A stretch of 64,000 bases of DNA, from positions 736,001-800,000 of the forward strand of contig CAVTET010000004.1 in assembly GCA_963733675.1 (NCBI GenBank), written 5' to 3'. A program made the position numbers and the translations under genes. The notes under the pieces were generated by a model. That model made no database searches. It was not told where the DNA came from and was given only the letters and a program-made list of their open reading frames with translations. Positions 20,146 to 32,129 of the stretch are shown piece after piece; the first letter of the stretch is position 1, and each line of letters starts with the position of its first letter. Source of the stretch: an uncultured Methanosarcinaceae archaeon (GTDB lineage Archaea; Halobacteriota; Methanosarcinia; Methanosarcinales; Methanosarcinaceae).

Positions 20146-21336
20146 TCACTTGCCGTGGAATTCATGGAAATAAAAATCTGAAAATTCAATATTTGTATGT
20201 GAACCTCCGGGATTGAATAGATCAAAGAATTCATTTTCTTGGCCATTAATGAGATCAGTAATTAACATCGCAGATCTTATGCCATGATCATGCCCCCAAA
20301 ATCCAAATCCATCTGCTGCATAGATGCCTTCTTGAGATGTCATGCCTATAAGGGACAAACAATCTCCAGCAATGCTATCTTTATTAGACCACCGGTATCC
20401 AATAAACTTAACATTAAGGTGTTGGCACGCATAGTTTTCAAGCCGGCCATAGTAAACACTTTTGTCAGCTACTCGACTGGACTATGTTTCCCAGCAACGA
20501 TGATCAATTTACCCTTGTATTTAGGCGTGGTTCGGTAAGTGTGTAAAGGATTGCAGTCTATGAACATCCCATCCGGGAAATTTCCTTTCGTGTATAACCC
20601 TAACACGTAGGATCTCGCAGAGTGCAAATGTTTGTTAAGTAGGTTGTGATCATATACTGGTGTATGTGTTACGAGTATGATTTTATCGGCCATTATTGAG
20701 CCTTGGTCTGTAATTACTTCTTTGATTTTGCCATTATTAACGATGATGGCACTGATTTTCTCAAAGATATAACTACCTTCGCCAATTATATCTTCTGAAA
20801 GAGCCAGAAGACACTTACGGGGATGGAATTGGGCCCGATCCTCATATTTGATGGCTGGACCAGTTTTAAAGGGTAAAGGTACATTTTCAGTATAAGAAAC
20901 TAGAAGCCCAAATTTTTTTGTAGCTTCAAATTTACTCTTAATTTCATCAACTTTTTCATCAGACTTATTATAAATGTAACACAGTCAATCTTCAGCTTTC
21001 TGATAATATCAGCTACCTTTTCAACTGCCTTAATGTTAAATTAGCAAAATATTGGATTTACCTAAATTTGAAATCAGTCTATCTTAAATCATATTAGGTC
21101 CCATACTTATCTTAGCTGTGGTCCCAGATGTCACTCCTTTTACAATCAGATCTTCTTCTTACTGCTACAGTATGAACTGTCTCCTTTAACATTTCTGCAG
21201 CGGTTATACCAGCAATGCCACCTCCTAGTATCACACATCAACTTTTAACCGTTTGTCAAGTTTAGGGAACTTTTTATAAGGGGGTATTTCTAACCAGACT
21301 GAAACTCCCCCTCAATGACTTTTTTTTATTTTCCAT
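20146..21336 (-). pseudogene. FAD-dependent oxidoreductase (DAO/YhfW-like), heavily disrupted
   Basis: ATG 21336 with GAGG; LGGGIAGITAA, GVTSGTTAKIS, AQFHPRK and GFGFWG fragments in mixed frames with stops. Confidence 0.75.
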
Positions 21337-21410
21337 CCTCAAACCTAAATTGACTTGTGATCTCATATCGGGTAATAAATTAGATTGAATCTTCCTTTTT
21401 AGATCAAACA

Positions 21411-22270
21411 GGATTCAGATTTACCTCTAATTTTTTTTCTTCGCAGAATTACTGTCCAAATCTTTTCCGCTCATTTCTGTAATTGACCAAATTTTTTTTG
21501 GATCCATCATCTTTGATTCAAAGATAGGTTTTTCTATCTTCAAACTAGTCTTCGTAGTTTCAACCTCATCAACTGATATCGAATCTAGACAAAAGCTGTA
21601 CACAAAATCTTTAGATTTATTCTTTGAACAGTAGTGACAAAAATTTCTCCTGTTTTGAATATCTTTTTAGTTACAGAAACTAGTTTCTCTGGAGCTCTTT
21701 TTGAGCTAATATTCTTGTTTCCTAATATTATTCCCTATCCTCAGAAAATGTTCTTTTACTGCTCTTTTCATTGTTGCATCATAACCTTTTGATTTTGCTC
21801 AAAAGTATCCCTTTCGTTCCTGTAAACAACTTCTTTTTTTCTGATAATTCCACCTAAGAATCATAGATGATATAGTCATTTTTTTGAATTTTCTGATCAG
21901 CTCATGATTCCTGTTTATGTATACTATGAAGTTTATATCCTAAGTGTGACTTATTACCATTTTTTTGTCCAGGTTTCATCTATATTTCTTTCTGTTTTGC
22001 TTCATTTTCTCGACGTTTATCCGCTTTTACATGTCAGGATTTGAATAGACGAAAGTAACATACTGAATATTCCCAGTTTAATTTGCAAATCAAGGCAATC
22101 AAGTTGATTTTGAAACATTTCCCATATTTCTTCTTCTTTAACAGTTATCAATAATTTTTTTCAAAGTGATAAGACTGTGGTACTGTCGATATGTATTCAG
22201 AAAAACAAAGAAATTTCTGAAAGAACTTAGATCAATAAATTGTTTTTCAAGTTCAAAGCCGGAAAGACCA
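21411..22270 (-). mobile_element. Decayed IS5-family element
   Basis: End GGATTCAGATTTACCTC; broken transposase motifs (GYKLH.S, KGYDATMKR, IFKTGE). Confidence 0.72.
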
Positions 22271-22492
22271 TCCTATTACTGTAAAAAAAGCATTTTAAAA
22301 ATAACAATTACTTCAGTCTAAGGTCTACTTCAGAATACTATTTTGTTAAAATATTTGGACTCAAAAGTAATATGAAATGATTTCAGAATAGACACTATAA
22401 TTTCACAGAAAGAATTTATGTAGAAATCCACAATTAATACCTCAAATATCATTCTTTTTTTAGAATTTCTAAGCTCAAATGAAGTTTTTCAG

Positions 22493-22530
22493 AAAAAAAA
22501 TTGAGCAGGATTTTAATCCTGCATGTTTTT
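22493..22530 (-). terminator. Hairpin plus T-tract downstream of ppdK
   Basis: GCAGGATT-TT-AATCCTGC (22505-22522) flanked by A and T runs. Confidence 0.5.
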
Positions 22531-22552
22531 TGAATCAATATTCAATTTAATT

Positions 22553-25203
22553 TTATTTTGCGTTACGGGAATCTATTGTACTCTGAGCAGCTACAAGCCT
22601 TGCGATTGGAACTCTGTATGGAGAGCAGCTCACATAATTAAGGCCTATTTTGTGGGCGAAGTGGATGGATTTTGGCTCTCCACCATGTTCTCCACATATT
22701 CCCATCTGGAGGTTGGGTTTGACGGAACGCCCTTTTTGAATTCCAATTTTCATCAACTCGCCAACGCCTTCCTGATCAAGGACTTCAAAAGGATCGTGCT
22801 CAATGATACCTGCTTTCTGATAGATTGGCACGAATTTGGATACATCGTCACGGCTGAATCCGAATGTTGTTTGGGTCAGGTCGTTTGTTCCAAAAGAGAA
22901 GAAGTCGGCTTCCGATGCTATCTTATCTGCAGTAATTACGGCTCTAGGAAGTTCGATCATTGTCCCTACATGATAATCGATCTTTATTCCTTTCTCACCC
23001 ATGACCTTATCTGCCATCTTGCATACTTTATCCCTGGTCACTGAGAATTCCTTTGCAAGACTCACCAATGGGATCATAATTTCAGGAACAATTTGCAGCC
23101 CATTAGCTGCAAGTTCACAAGCTGCTTCCATAATTGCGCGTACCTGCATATCATATATTTCGGGATAGGTGATTCCAAGCCGCATCCCCTATGCCCGAGC
23201 ATAGGGTTTAGTTCTTTAAGGGAAACCACACGCTGGATAATTTTCTTCACATCACCGATTTTCTGCCAATCTCCTGAGGCTTCAAGTTCCCTGAGCTTTG
23301 CGTCTAGTTCCTCCTTGTCCGGCAGAAATTCGTGTAAAGGTGGATCGAGCAGCCTAATAGTCACTGGAAAACCTTCCATACTACGAAAGATTCCAAGGAA
23401 ATCCGCCTTCTGCATCGGCAGCAGTTTATTGAGGGCCTCTTTTCTGGACATCTCATCTTCTGCCAGGATCATTTCCCTTACTACAGGTATTCTGTCATCC
23501 CCGAAGAACATGTGTTCAGTTCTACAAAGTCCTATACCTTCTGCACCAAGTTCACGAGCAAGGCCTGCATCTGCCGGATTATCGGCATTTGTTCTTACAC
23601 CAAGAGTCCTGATTTCATCAGCCCATATGAGAAGCTTCTTCAAATCTTTATTAATTTCGGCATCAATCAGTTCTACCTTCCCAACAATTACACTTCCAGA
23701 ACTCCCGTCAATGGTAATATATTCATGTTCTCTTATAGTGTGACTATTTACCATAAAAAGGCCGCTTTTTATATCAATTGAAATCGCTCCACAGCCCACA
23801 ACACAGGGTTTGCCCATTCCTCTTCCAACAACTGCTGCATGAGAAGTCATCCCACCACGCACTGTAAGAAAACCCTGCGCAGCTGCCATCCCTCCTATAT
23901 CCTCAGGGGAGGTTTCGGTACGTACGAGAATTGTTTTCTCTCCTAACTCGGACATTGCCTCTGCGGCTTCGGCAGTAAATACAACTTTTCCTACAGCGGC
24001 TCCAGGAGATGCTGGAAGGCCCTTCGCAATTACTTCTAACTTTGCTTTGGGGTCAATCCTTGGGTGCAGGAGCAGGTCGATATGTTCAGCTTTTATTCTT
24101 GTGATCGCTGTTTCCTTATCTATAAGTCCTTCAGATACCATATCAGTCGCAATTTTCATTGCTGCAGCAGCTGTGCGTTTCCCAGTGCGGGTCTGCAGCA
24201 TATAAAGTTTTCCTTCCTGAATGGTAAACTCTATGTCCTGCATATCTTTGAAGTGAGCTTCAAGCGTCTGACAGATATCCACAAGCTGTTTGTAGGCCTC
24301 TGGAATTCTATTTTCAAGTGTATCAATAAAATCCGGAGTCCGAATGCCTGCGACCACATCTTCGCCCTGTGCATTGATTAAGTATTCTCCGAAGAACCTT
24401 TTCTCACCTGTTGATGGGTTCCTTGTAAAAGCAACTCCTGTGCCAGAATTATCCCCTCTGTTCCCATAGACCATCGTCTGTACATTGACAGCAGTTCCCC
24501 AGCTCTCATCAATTCCATTAAGTTTCCTGTAAGTAATGGCTCTCGGATTATTCCAAGATTCAAAAACAGCATCAATTGCCATATATAACTGAACTTTAGG
24601 ATCCTGGGGAAATTCAAATCCCTTTTCGAGTTTGATTACCTCCTTGAACCTCTCAGCCAGTTCTTTCAACGATTTTGCATCAAGATCCGTATCTGACTCA
24701 ACTCTCAGTTCCTTCTTCTTATCTGCAATAAGGGAATCAAACTTTTCAAAATCAAGGCCGAGCACTACATCCCCAAACATAGAGATAAATCTACGGTAGC
24801 AATCGTAAGCAAACCTTCCATCATTGACCTTATTTGCCAGCTCAATCACAGACTTGTCTGTGAGCCCAAGGTTAAGTACGGTATCCATCATCCCCGGCAT
24901 AGATACCCTTGCTCCAGATCGTACTGAAACAAGCAATGGATCACCTGCATCCCCTAATTTTTTGTTGTTTAGGGTCTCAAGCTTATCGATAGCTTCTTCT
25001 ATCTGTTGGAATGCTTCTTTAGGATAGTTTTTATATTTCAGATAGAGTACACAGACTTCAGTTGTAATTGTAAATCCAGGAGGCACGGGGACTCCGAGAT
25101 TTGCCATCTCGGCGAGATTTGCACCCTTACCTCCAAGCAGGTCTTTCATGCTACTTTTGCCATCAGTTACATCTTTTCCAAAAAAATATACAAACTTGGA
25201 CAA
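22553..25203 (-). pseudogene. ppdK: Pyruvate phosphate dikinase with a single 1-nt frameshift near 23183 (true pseudogene or sequence error)
   Basis: LLGGKGANL, GGMTSHAAVV phospho-His, GLCRTEHMF, NPMLGHRGC|RLGITYPE split over two frames, FSFGTNDLTQ, GICGEHGG. Confidence 0.9.
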
Positions 25204-25971
25204 TGACTATCCTCCCTGGAACAAGGTCAGTAAACGGAGTTAATGTATTATCGGAAATAAAACACTCTTATTTGATTTCCGATGCGCATATATTTAACTT
25301 TTCCTCTTTTTGTGTTACATCGGGAGTTATAGTATATTTCTCTGTTTATCTTCGTATCTTCACCACATATCAAGTAAGTCATATGAAGAGAGTGGAGGAA
25401 GATGTAATGACCATATTAATAGAAACTTCGTTACTTGAGATAAAATAAACCAACATTAAATAAAAGGAGAAAGTAACGAATGCTATACAACTGAATGCTA
25501 TACAACTTACCAGAAAATTAAATCAGGATCTTCAGAGGCAGTGTACAGAAAGTTCTGTAAATTTTGATTGACTACGTACCTTTTTTCTTCACCACAAAAA
25601 ACTGGATTTATCGTTTTTACTAATGATAGGTTTAAAAAAGTAAATCAAAAAAGATGTATAGAAAAGCACAGAGATTTGATTAACTAGGTTGCTAAAAATA
25701 GATCTATTATTTTAATTTATCAACTACGTTTCATAATCACAATGAAACATATTCAAATTAGCGCATGTTTCTATCTAAATAGTTTATCCAGTTTGGACTA
25801 AATCGTGTGCTATCACAAATACCCTAGGTCATCAAAATAATTTATGGATAATAATTTATGGATAATATCGGAATTGCTTTTTATGGGAATAGGATACCCA
25901 GCAAGCCGATTAATACACTGGTTTAACCATATATATAAAGCCAGGATGTAAAGCCAAACAATACGAGGATT

Positions 25972-26180
25972 CCAAGATTTGCCATCTCGGCGAGGTTTGC
26001 ACCCTTACCTCCAAGCAGTCTTTCATGCTACTTTGTCATCAGTTAGATACTTTCCAAAAAGTATCCGAACTTGAACAATGACTATTCCCCATGAAAAGAT
26101 GTCAGTAATCGGAATTAGTGTATTTATATAGTAAGAATTCAGTTTTATAATTCTCAACGATGCTTATAAAATATTTAAGC
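25972..26180 (-). repeat. Degenerate duplicate of the ppdK 5' end and upstream region
   Basis: AGATTTGCCATCTCGGCGAGGTTTGCACCCTTACCTCCAAGCAG matches ~25097-25140; similarity continues through the start codon and leader with indels. Confidence 0.85.
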
Positions 26181-26401
26181 CTGTGATTAAATTACCTCAC
26201 TTATTTTACTTTCTGGCTCGAGCTTTACTTAAAGTTTTGTATAATATAGGTCTTGCGATATCTTTATATATTATAATTGTAGAGTACATATGCTTTTCAG
26301 TCTACAATATATCTTCTTAAAAAAAGCTGGAAGTCTAAACCATCAAAAACCAAGATATTTTTGCCTGAGCTGGAAGCATCCTGTTAATTTTCATGGTTGA
26401 T

Positions 26402-26662
26402 ATGAGACGACTCGGTAAAGTGCTACAAAGATCAGGTACCAAAAACCTGATAGTCAAAGGAGATGAGATCAAATCCGATAATACCTCAGGTAATATTCCA
26501 AAATTGAATTCGATTGTTGTGGATAAGGCCCTGAACCAGATTGGTGCGATTGTCAGCGTCTTTGGACCTGTAAACCAACCTTATTTTTTCGTGAAGGGAT
26601 TTAAGCAAATTCCTGATTCTGAGTTTCGGATTATGGTAAATGAAAAGGTCTATATTCGGTGA
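26402..26662 (+). CDS. gar1: H/ACA RNP protein Gar1/Naf1
   Basis: MRRLGKVL..VFGPVNQPY; conserved position upstream of tfb. Confidence 0.88.
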   Translation: MRRLGKVLQRSGTKNLIVKGDEIKSDNTSGNIPKLNSIVVDKALNQIGAIVSVFGPVNQPYFFVKGFKQIPDSEFRIMVNEKVYIR

Positions 26663-26853
26663 GATCTCTGAAATTCGATATATGCATGAATCCTTTGTTA
26701 TGGTTCGACTTTAACTGGTATATACGTTTTTTGCTATCAATAGCCGTGAGTTTTCTTATCCTGTTTTTTATAACATAGATTCTTTAATTTGGTGCAGGTT
26801 CTGAATTACAGGAAATCATAAAGATGTCATGCTAACTTGTAAGGTGATATGAT

Positions 26854-27867
26854 ATGGTAGAAGTCGAAAGAGTTCGCTATTCGGACACTCTTGAAAGAGA
26901 AAAAATACGTTCAATGATCAAAGCTCGCAAAGAGAAGCAAAAGGAGCAAAGTTTTGAGAACGAAAAGGCCTTGTGTCCGGAATGCGGCAGCAGGAACCTT
27001 GTTCACGACTACGAGCGAGCTGAGCTAGTGTGTGGTGACTGCGGACTTGTCATAGATGCTGATTTTGTGGATGAAGGACCAGAATGGCGAGCTTTCGATC
27101 ATGATCAACGGATGAAACGCTCTCGTGTGGGCGCGCCTATGACTTATACAATCCATGATAAAGGACTTTCCACAATGATAGACTGGAGAAATCGTGATTC
27201 CTACGGAAAGTCAATCTCCTCCAAAAATCGTGCTCAGCTATATCGTTTAAGAAAATGGCAGCGTAGAATCCGTGTAAGCAACGCAACTGAAAGGAACCTT
27301 GCTTTTGCCCTTTCCGAATTGGATAGAATGGCTTCTGCTTTGGGTCTCCCTAGAACTGTCAGAGAAACTGCGGCTGTTGTCTACAGAAAAGCTGTGGATA
27401 AGAATCTTATAAGGGGACGAAGCATTGAAGGTGTGGCTGCAGCGGCTCTTTATGCTGCTTGTCGTCAGTGCAGTGTCCCGAGAACTCTTGATGAGATTGA
27501 AGAAGTATCTAGGGTCAGCCGGAAAGAAATCGGAAGAACCTACCGCTTTATTTCCAGGGAACTTGCATTAAAGCTCATGCCTACTTCTCCTATTGATTAT
27601 GTACCAAGGTTCTGCTCTGGCCTTAATCTGAAAGGAGAAGTTCAGTCCAAAAGCGTTGAGATCCTGAGACAGGCCTCTGAAAAAGAACTGACAAGCGGAA
27701 GAGGCCCTACAGGAGTTGCTGCGGCTGCAATATATATTGCATCCATCCTATGCGGTGAACGGAGGACTCAGCGTGAAGTCGCAGACGTTGCCGGGGTTAC
27801 TGAAGTTACTATCAGGAACAGATACAAAGAACTTGCAGAAGAACTGGATATTGAAATTATTCTCTAA
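26854..27867 (+). CDS. tfb: Transcription initiation factor IIB
   Basis: CPECGS..CGDCG Zn ribbon, EWRAF B-reader, two cyclin repeats; AGGTGA RBS. Confidence 0.97.
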   Translation: MVEVERVRYSDTLEREKIRSMIKARKEKQKEQSFENEKALCPECGSRNLVHDYERAELVCGDCGLVIDADFVDEGPEWRAFDHDQRMKRSRVGAPMTYTIHDKGLSTMIDWRNRDSYGKSISSKNRAQLYRLRKWQRRIRVSNATERNLAFALSELDRMASALGLPRTVRETAAVVYRKAVDKNLIRGRSIEGVAAAALYAACRQCSVPRTLDEIEEVSRVSRKEIGRTYRFISRELALKLMPTSPIDYVPRFCSGLNLKGEVQSKSVEILRQASEKELTSGRGPTGVAAAAIYIASILCGERRTQREVADVAGVTEVTIRNRYKELAEELDIEIIL

Positions 27868-28134
27868 AATTTTTCTAATTTTTCGGTCTCCAACTCGGTT
27901 TCAGCTTTGTCTCTATATTTGCAGGAAAGAAAAGGCTTATTTTTAAAATCGCTTTCGTTTTTTGACCATTCAATATGTTTTCAAAAACACATTAAAATAT
28001 TTCTACAAATGTTTTGATTAATAATATTGCTAATTGAAATTCCGAAAGAATTTCTTTCAGAAAATTTAGATAAATTCCTAAATTTCGTCAACTTTTACAA
28101 ATTGTATATGTAGCTTGCTAGTGAAAATCATAAT

Positions 28135-28280
28135 AGAATTCCGATTTACCTCTAATTTTGTTCTTAGCGTGAATGCTTTCCAAATTTTTCTCGTCTATGG
28201 CTGTATTTGACCCGATTTTTTCTTTTCTGGTTCATTTGATAGAGATTATAACAAAACCTTCAAATCCACTCTTAAACAGT
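28135..28280 (-). mobile_element. Internally deleted IS5-family end remnant
   Basis: GAATTCCGATTTACCTCTAATTTT end homologous to 21411 and 36124. Confidence 0.6.
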
Positions 28281-28429
28281 AATGGAAACTGTATAATATT
28301 GCTTTCTTCGATATAATTAGTGCAGATTTAATATATATATTGAGAGAGCCTCTATAAGTACATCATACGGAAAGCATCGCAGCCTTCTCTGAAATTAGAG
28401 CTGCAACTAATATTATTTCAGAGCCGCCC

Positions 28430-28578
28430 ATAGGCTTTGAGGCTTGGTACAATAAAGGGCTTGCTCTATATAAATTAAATAAATCCAATGGAGCAATAAA
28501 AGATACGGTATGGAATAACTGAGTTTACAGACACATAGTCAAAAATTATGAGATTTTCATTTTTTGCAGTGGAAACTA
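28430..28578 (+). pseudogene. TPR-protein fragment joined to an IS6-type MITE end
   Basis: FEAWYNKGLALYKLNKSNGAIK, then GGTATGGAATAACTGAG..TTTTGCAGTGGAAAC. Confidence 0.5.
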
Positions 28579-29098
28579 CAGTTTCCCAAAAATGGGTAAT
28601 CTAATCATTAATCAAATTTGTTAGATGACCCAATGACACGACATTGTATTCAACAAAATTGAATTCAGTTATATGGTATTGATAATAGCTTTTATCAAGC
28701 CTAGTAATTCTGGGATCTAATTCCCTCCCACTTGATGGTATCGGCATGCTCATAAGCACTTCCTTACTAATAATTTACATAGCTGTTAAAACTTCTCATA
28801 TAATCCTATTAAAAGAAACTGAGCAAGACCCTGGATATTCTTCACATTATATCCGAGTTTAAGGCCAGATACAATCTAGACATCAAGAAAAAAGAGCTCC
28901 TAGAAATCCTAGATTATCTAACTGAAAAGGGAGAAATCGAATGCATAGATGGGAATATACCCACATGGAGAGTTTTGAAAGATAACATTTGAGGGCCTTG
29001 TCCATAAGTTTTTGAAAATAGCACATCAAACACTCTCTTTATATTTTTCAAAAAAATGGGTTGGTTTTTTGTAAACTAAGATTTTTTAATACTTTATA

Positions 29099-29295
29099 AC
29101 CCGAATTTGACAGATTCTACTAATTAACACAGTGTTTTATAACAAAAAACGCATTGCATCGGCAAGGAACCTTTAGGGAAAATGAAAAATGTCCAAAATC
29201 AAAAAACACAAGATAGAATTTTGAATTTATGAAGAAAACAGAGGTATGAAGTCCATTTATACATTATCAAATGTATGATTCTGTCAAATTAGGGT
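29099..29295. mobile_element. MITE (~197 bp) with terminal inverted repeats
   Basis: ACCCGAATTTGACAGA / TCTGTCAAATTAGGGT, both flanked by TATA. Confidence 0.7.
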
Positions 29296-29671
29296 TATAA
29301 TAAAAATTTAGTAAAAATATTTATTTTATATTAACACAATAATATACATCGTAAAACATATTTTGGGAGACATTTCAGTTTCTTTGTAGGCTTCAGGTGT
29401 TAGACTCCTCAAAAGATTGGTGTGTAAAGTTGGGCTAAAAATGAGGAGTTTTTGAGGATATTTGTTTGGGATAATTATTACAGCGACTATATGAATATAC
29501 TTGTTATCCTTCGACGAGTAGCGGGTGAATGCAAAAAAATAGTAAGAAACATATAACTAAATTAATTTAGCGTTAGATGATTGCGATTTTAAACAAAAAA
29601 AGATTTTTATTAACATAAAATAATATTTATAAAAATTGGAAGTGGTAAGTAAACTTTTAATTTTTTCAAAT

Positions 29672-30100
29672 CTATTTAATAATAACATTCTTATGAACCC
29701 ACAACTTCCTAACACAACCATCACACTTGATAGTCATACAACTAATATAATAACCAGTCTTTGGAAACTTGTGTAACGGATTTTTTAGTGATGGAGTAAT
29801 TTTTGTTCCTTCGCGAGAGGTTCCATCTCCAAAGTCCCATCTGATATATGTCTCATCACCTTTTGATAGATCCTTAAATCGTACTATTCGTGGATCACTT
29901 GAAACGGCTATCGCCGTATAATCAATTTGTTCATTCCTGCAGCCGGATAAGCGGGCTGTCGCTGAAGGAGTTCCTGCACCAAGAGGAGTCGGGGATACAG
30001 AACATTTTGCAGAGGTTCCTGCAGACAATAAAGTCAACATCATTAATATGGTGAAAACAGATACAGTTATTTTCCATATAGACTTCCCATTATTTCTCAT
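29672..30100 (-). CDS. Small secreted PKD-domain protein
   Basis: Signal peptide, VRFKDLS..IRWDFGDG..NPLHKF; GGAGG RBS. Confidence 0.8.
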   Translation of the reverse strand: MRNNGKSIWKITVSVFTILMMLTLLSAGTSAKCSVSPTPLGAGTPSATARLSGCRNEQIDYTAIAVSSDPRIVRFKDLSKGDETYIRWDFGDGTSREGTKITPSLKNPLHKFPKTGYYISCMTIKCDGCVRKLWVHKNVIIK

Positions 30101-31859
30101 TTTTCCTCCTGTTTTTTTTTCTTAGTTTGAGCCGGGAACAGGTCTCTACCATTACAAGACTGATGTTTTAACATTTCTAAATGTGAATATATGTGTGATA
30201 TTCACAGCATTTAACTTTATTTACAAATTTAAATGTAGAATTTGAAAAATAGCAATTTTCTCAAAAAGATTGCTATTCAGACAACTGAAAAAACAACTAT
30301 GTTTTTGATCCTATAAACATCAAGATTAATCGTATATATTCTTTTACTGATCTCTATTAACTTGGCATTATTAGATTAAAAAGTTCTTTGATAACTATTG
30401 AGGAAAAATGTAAACAAATAAGAGTAGTGGGAGCCAAATAAGGAAACTAATTATCTCATAAATCACCTGACTTAGTCATTCTACATATTATAAGTTAATA
30501 ATGATAGAGGCATAAACATTATAATCGTAAATATAGTAAGGAATAGGCCACTAATAGACTCAAAGTAAGTTTCTCATTCTATGGACATGGGAGGAACTGT
30601 ATTAGCCCCCACAAAATCGATTCTAAGGTCGTTAAAGTAATTTAAGTGGGCTTTATGGGGTAGAGACATTGGGATCATTTGGTAGATGATTTTGATGACC
30701 GTGGTTGAAATTGTGATAAAGATTATTACATAGACCATCGTGGCCTATATAAATATTGTTAATAGTTCTAAGCAAATATTATTTCTCAACGTTGTTTGGA
30801 TCTTTTTTGCTTTGACATTGGAACAGGTGTAGGAGTTGATGTGCTTAAGTATGAGTATGGTTCAAAGGCATTTGATAGTTTGTTAGGCTATCAGGATATA
30901 GAAATTGTTAAAGGTTAGGGATATTGGACAAAAATAGTATACTTGTAAAAGTACATTCAACAATGGTCATTTACAATATAATAGCCTACATGGTATGGAT
31001 CCAAGCTTTAAACAAGTTAACCATTATGGGAATCAAAAATTATGCTGAATTGGAGAGGGAGTTACTGTTGACGATGCACATATCAACAGTATCTGATTAT
31101 ACTTCAAGAAATTTACTTATCTGTTCGGCGAGAAGTATGGTTTAGTACTTTATAAACTTTCTTATTTTAGCTTTCTTGAAATCTGAGCTGTTTTTATACA
31201 ACTCACAAAATGTATTTGCTCAGCATTCCAGCAATTTTTGGTTTTTTGATTCTTTTGTTTCTTTTATTTAATACTATCTATATATATACAAACAAATGTT
31301 ATCTCATTTTACGAAGATCTTGATGCTCTCTAGCCTAGCGTAGTAAATATCGTTAGAAATAAGTCAATGCTAGGCTCTTTGTAAGGTTCTCATTCGATGA
31401 CAATGGGAAGTATACTAATCACCAAAAAATAGATCACAGAGTCGCTAAATGAATTCGTTTTTCGAAAAAGTAGGATGTAGAGCCAATAGTTTTACTGATA
31501 AAGTTCTTGTGTCTATTATTCTCACTGATGTCTTGTTTTTAACGTAAAATCTGTGTATAATTTCAACATCAACTTTCCATTACAGTTTTTTGCACTATTA
31601 CCTAACTCATAAGCTTGGGAGTATAGAGAAACGCATACCAATTTGCTTTTCTGTTACAAGTTTAACGCCAAATGTTGTTTCATTTTCACGATTATAAGGC
31701 AGGATGCTCCCTATTTTAGATGTGAATACGCTATCTTATAATCGTGATACACTATATAGCTAGTTTCTTCTGTATCGATCTTATGGAATTTTCACAACTT
31801 CAATACATTTGATTATATTAGTTTTCAAAATTTTAGAAATCGCCTATGTTACAATTATT

Positions 31860-32129
31860 TTAACTTGTTCCGGTGCACTTTTCACAGTGTTATTGAGTGC
31901 TGCCATTAAAACGTCATAAATTCTTGCGTTAGAGTAAGTATGCACTGGATTCTGTTGGGTAGAATAAGTTCCATCTCCAAATGACCAGTATTATGACGTT
32001 GGCGATCCTGTACTTTGATCAGTGAACTGTACAGTTAGGGGAGCGCACCTTGGGTTGTATTGGCACTGAAAGCTGCAACAGGTATCGTACCAGGAGAAGT
32101 ACACTTCCTTTATAGTCTAACGAGGATCA
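31860..32129 (-). pseudogene. Disrupted PKD domain, former C-terminus of the S53 peptidase
   Basis: [47 protein letters not shown]. Confidence 0.7.

Noticed and set aside
23160-23210. Programmed ribosomal frameshift in ppdK
   Set aside because: No slippery heptamer or homopolymer at the site
30924-31145. Short ORFs in AT-rich spacers (also 1886, 11965, 42236, 52927, 61818)
   Set aside because: No motifs or RBS; likely chance ORFs or unidentifiable debris
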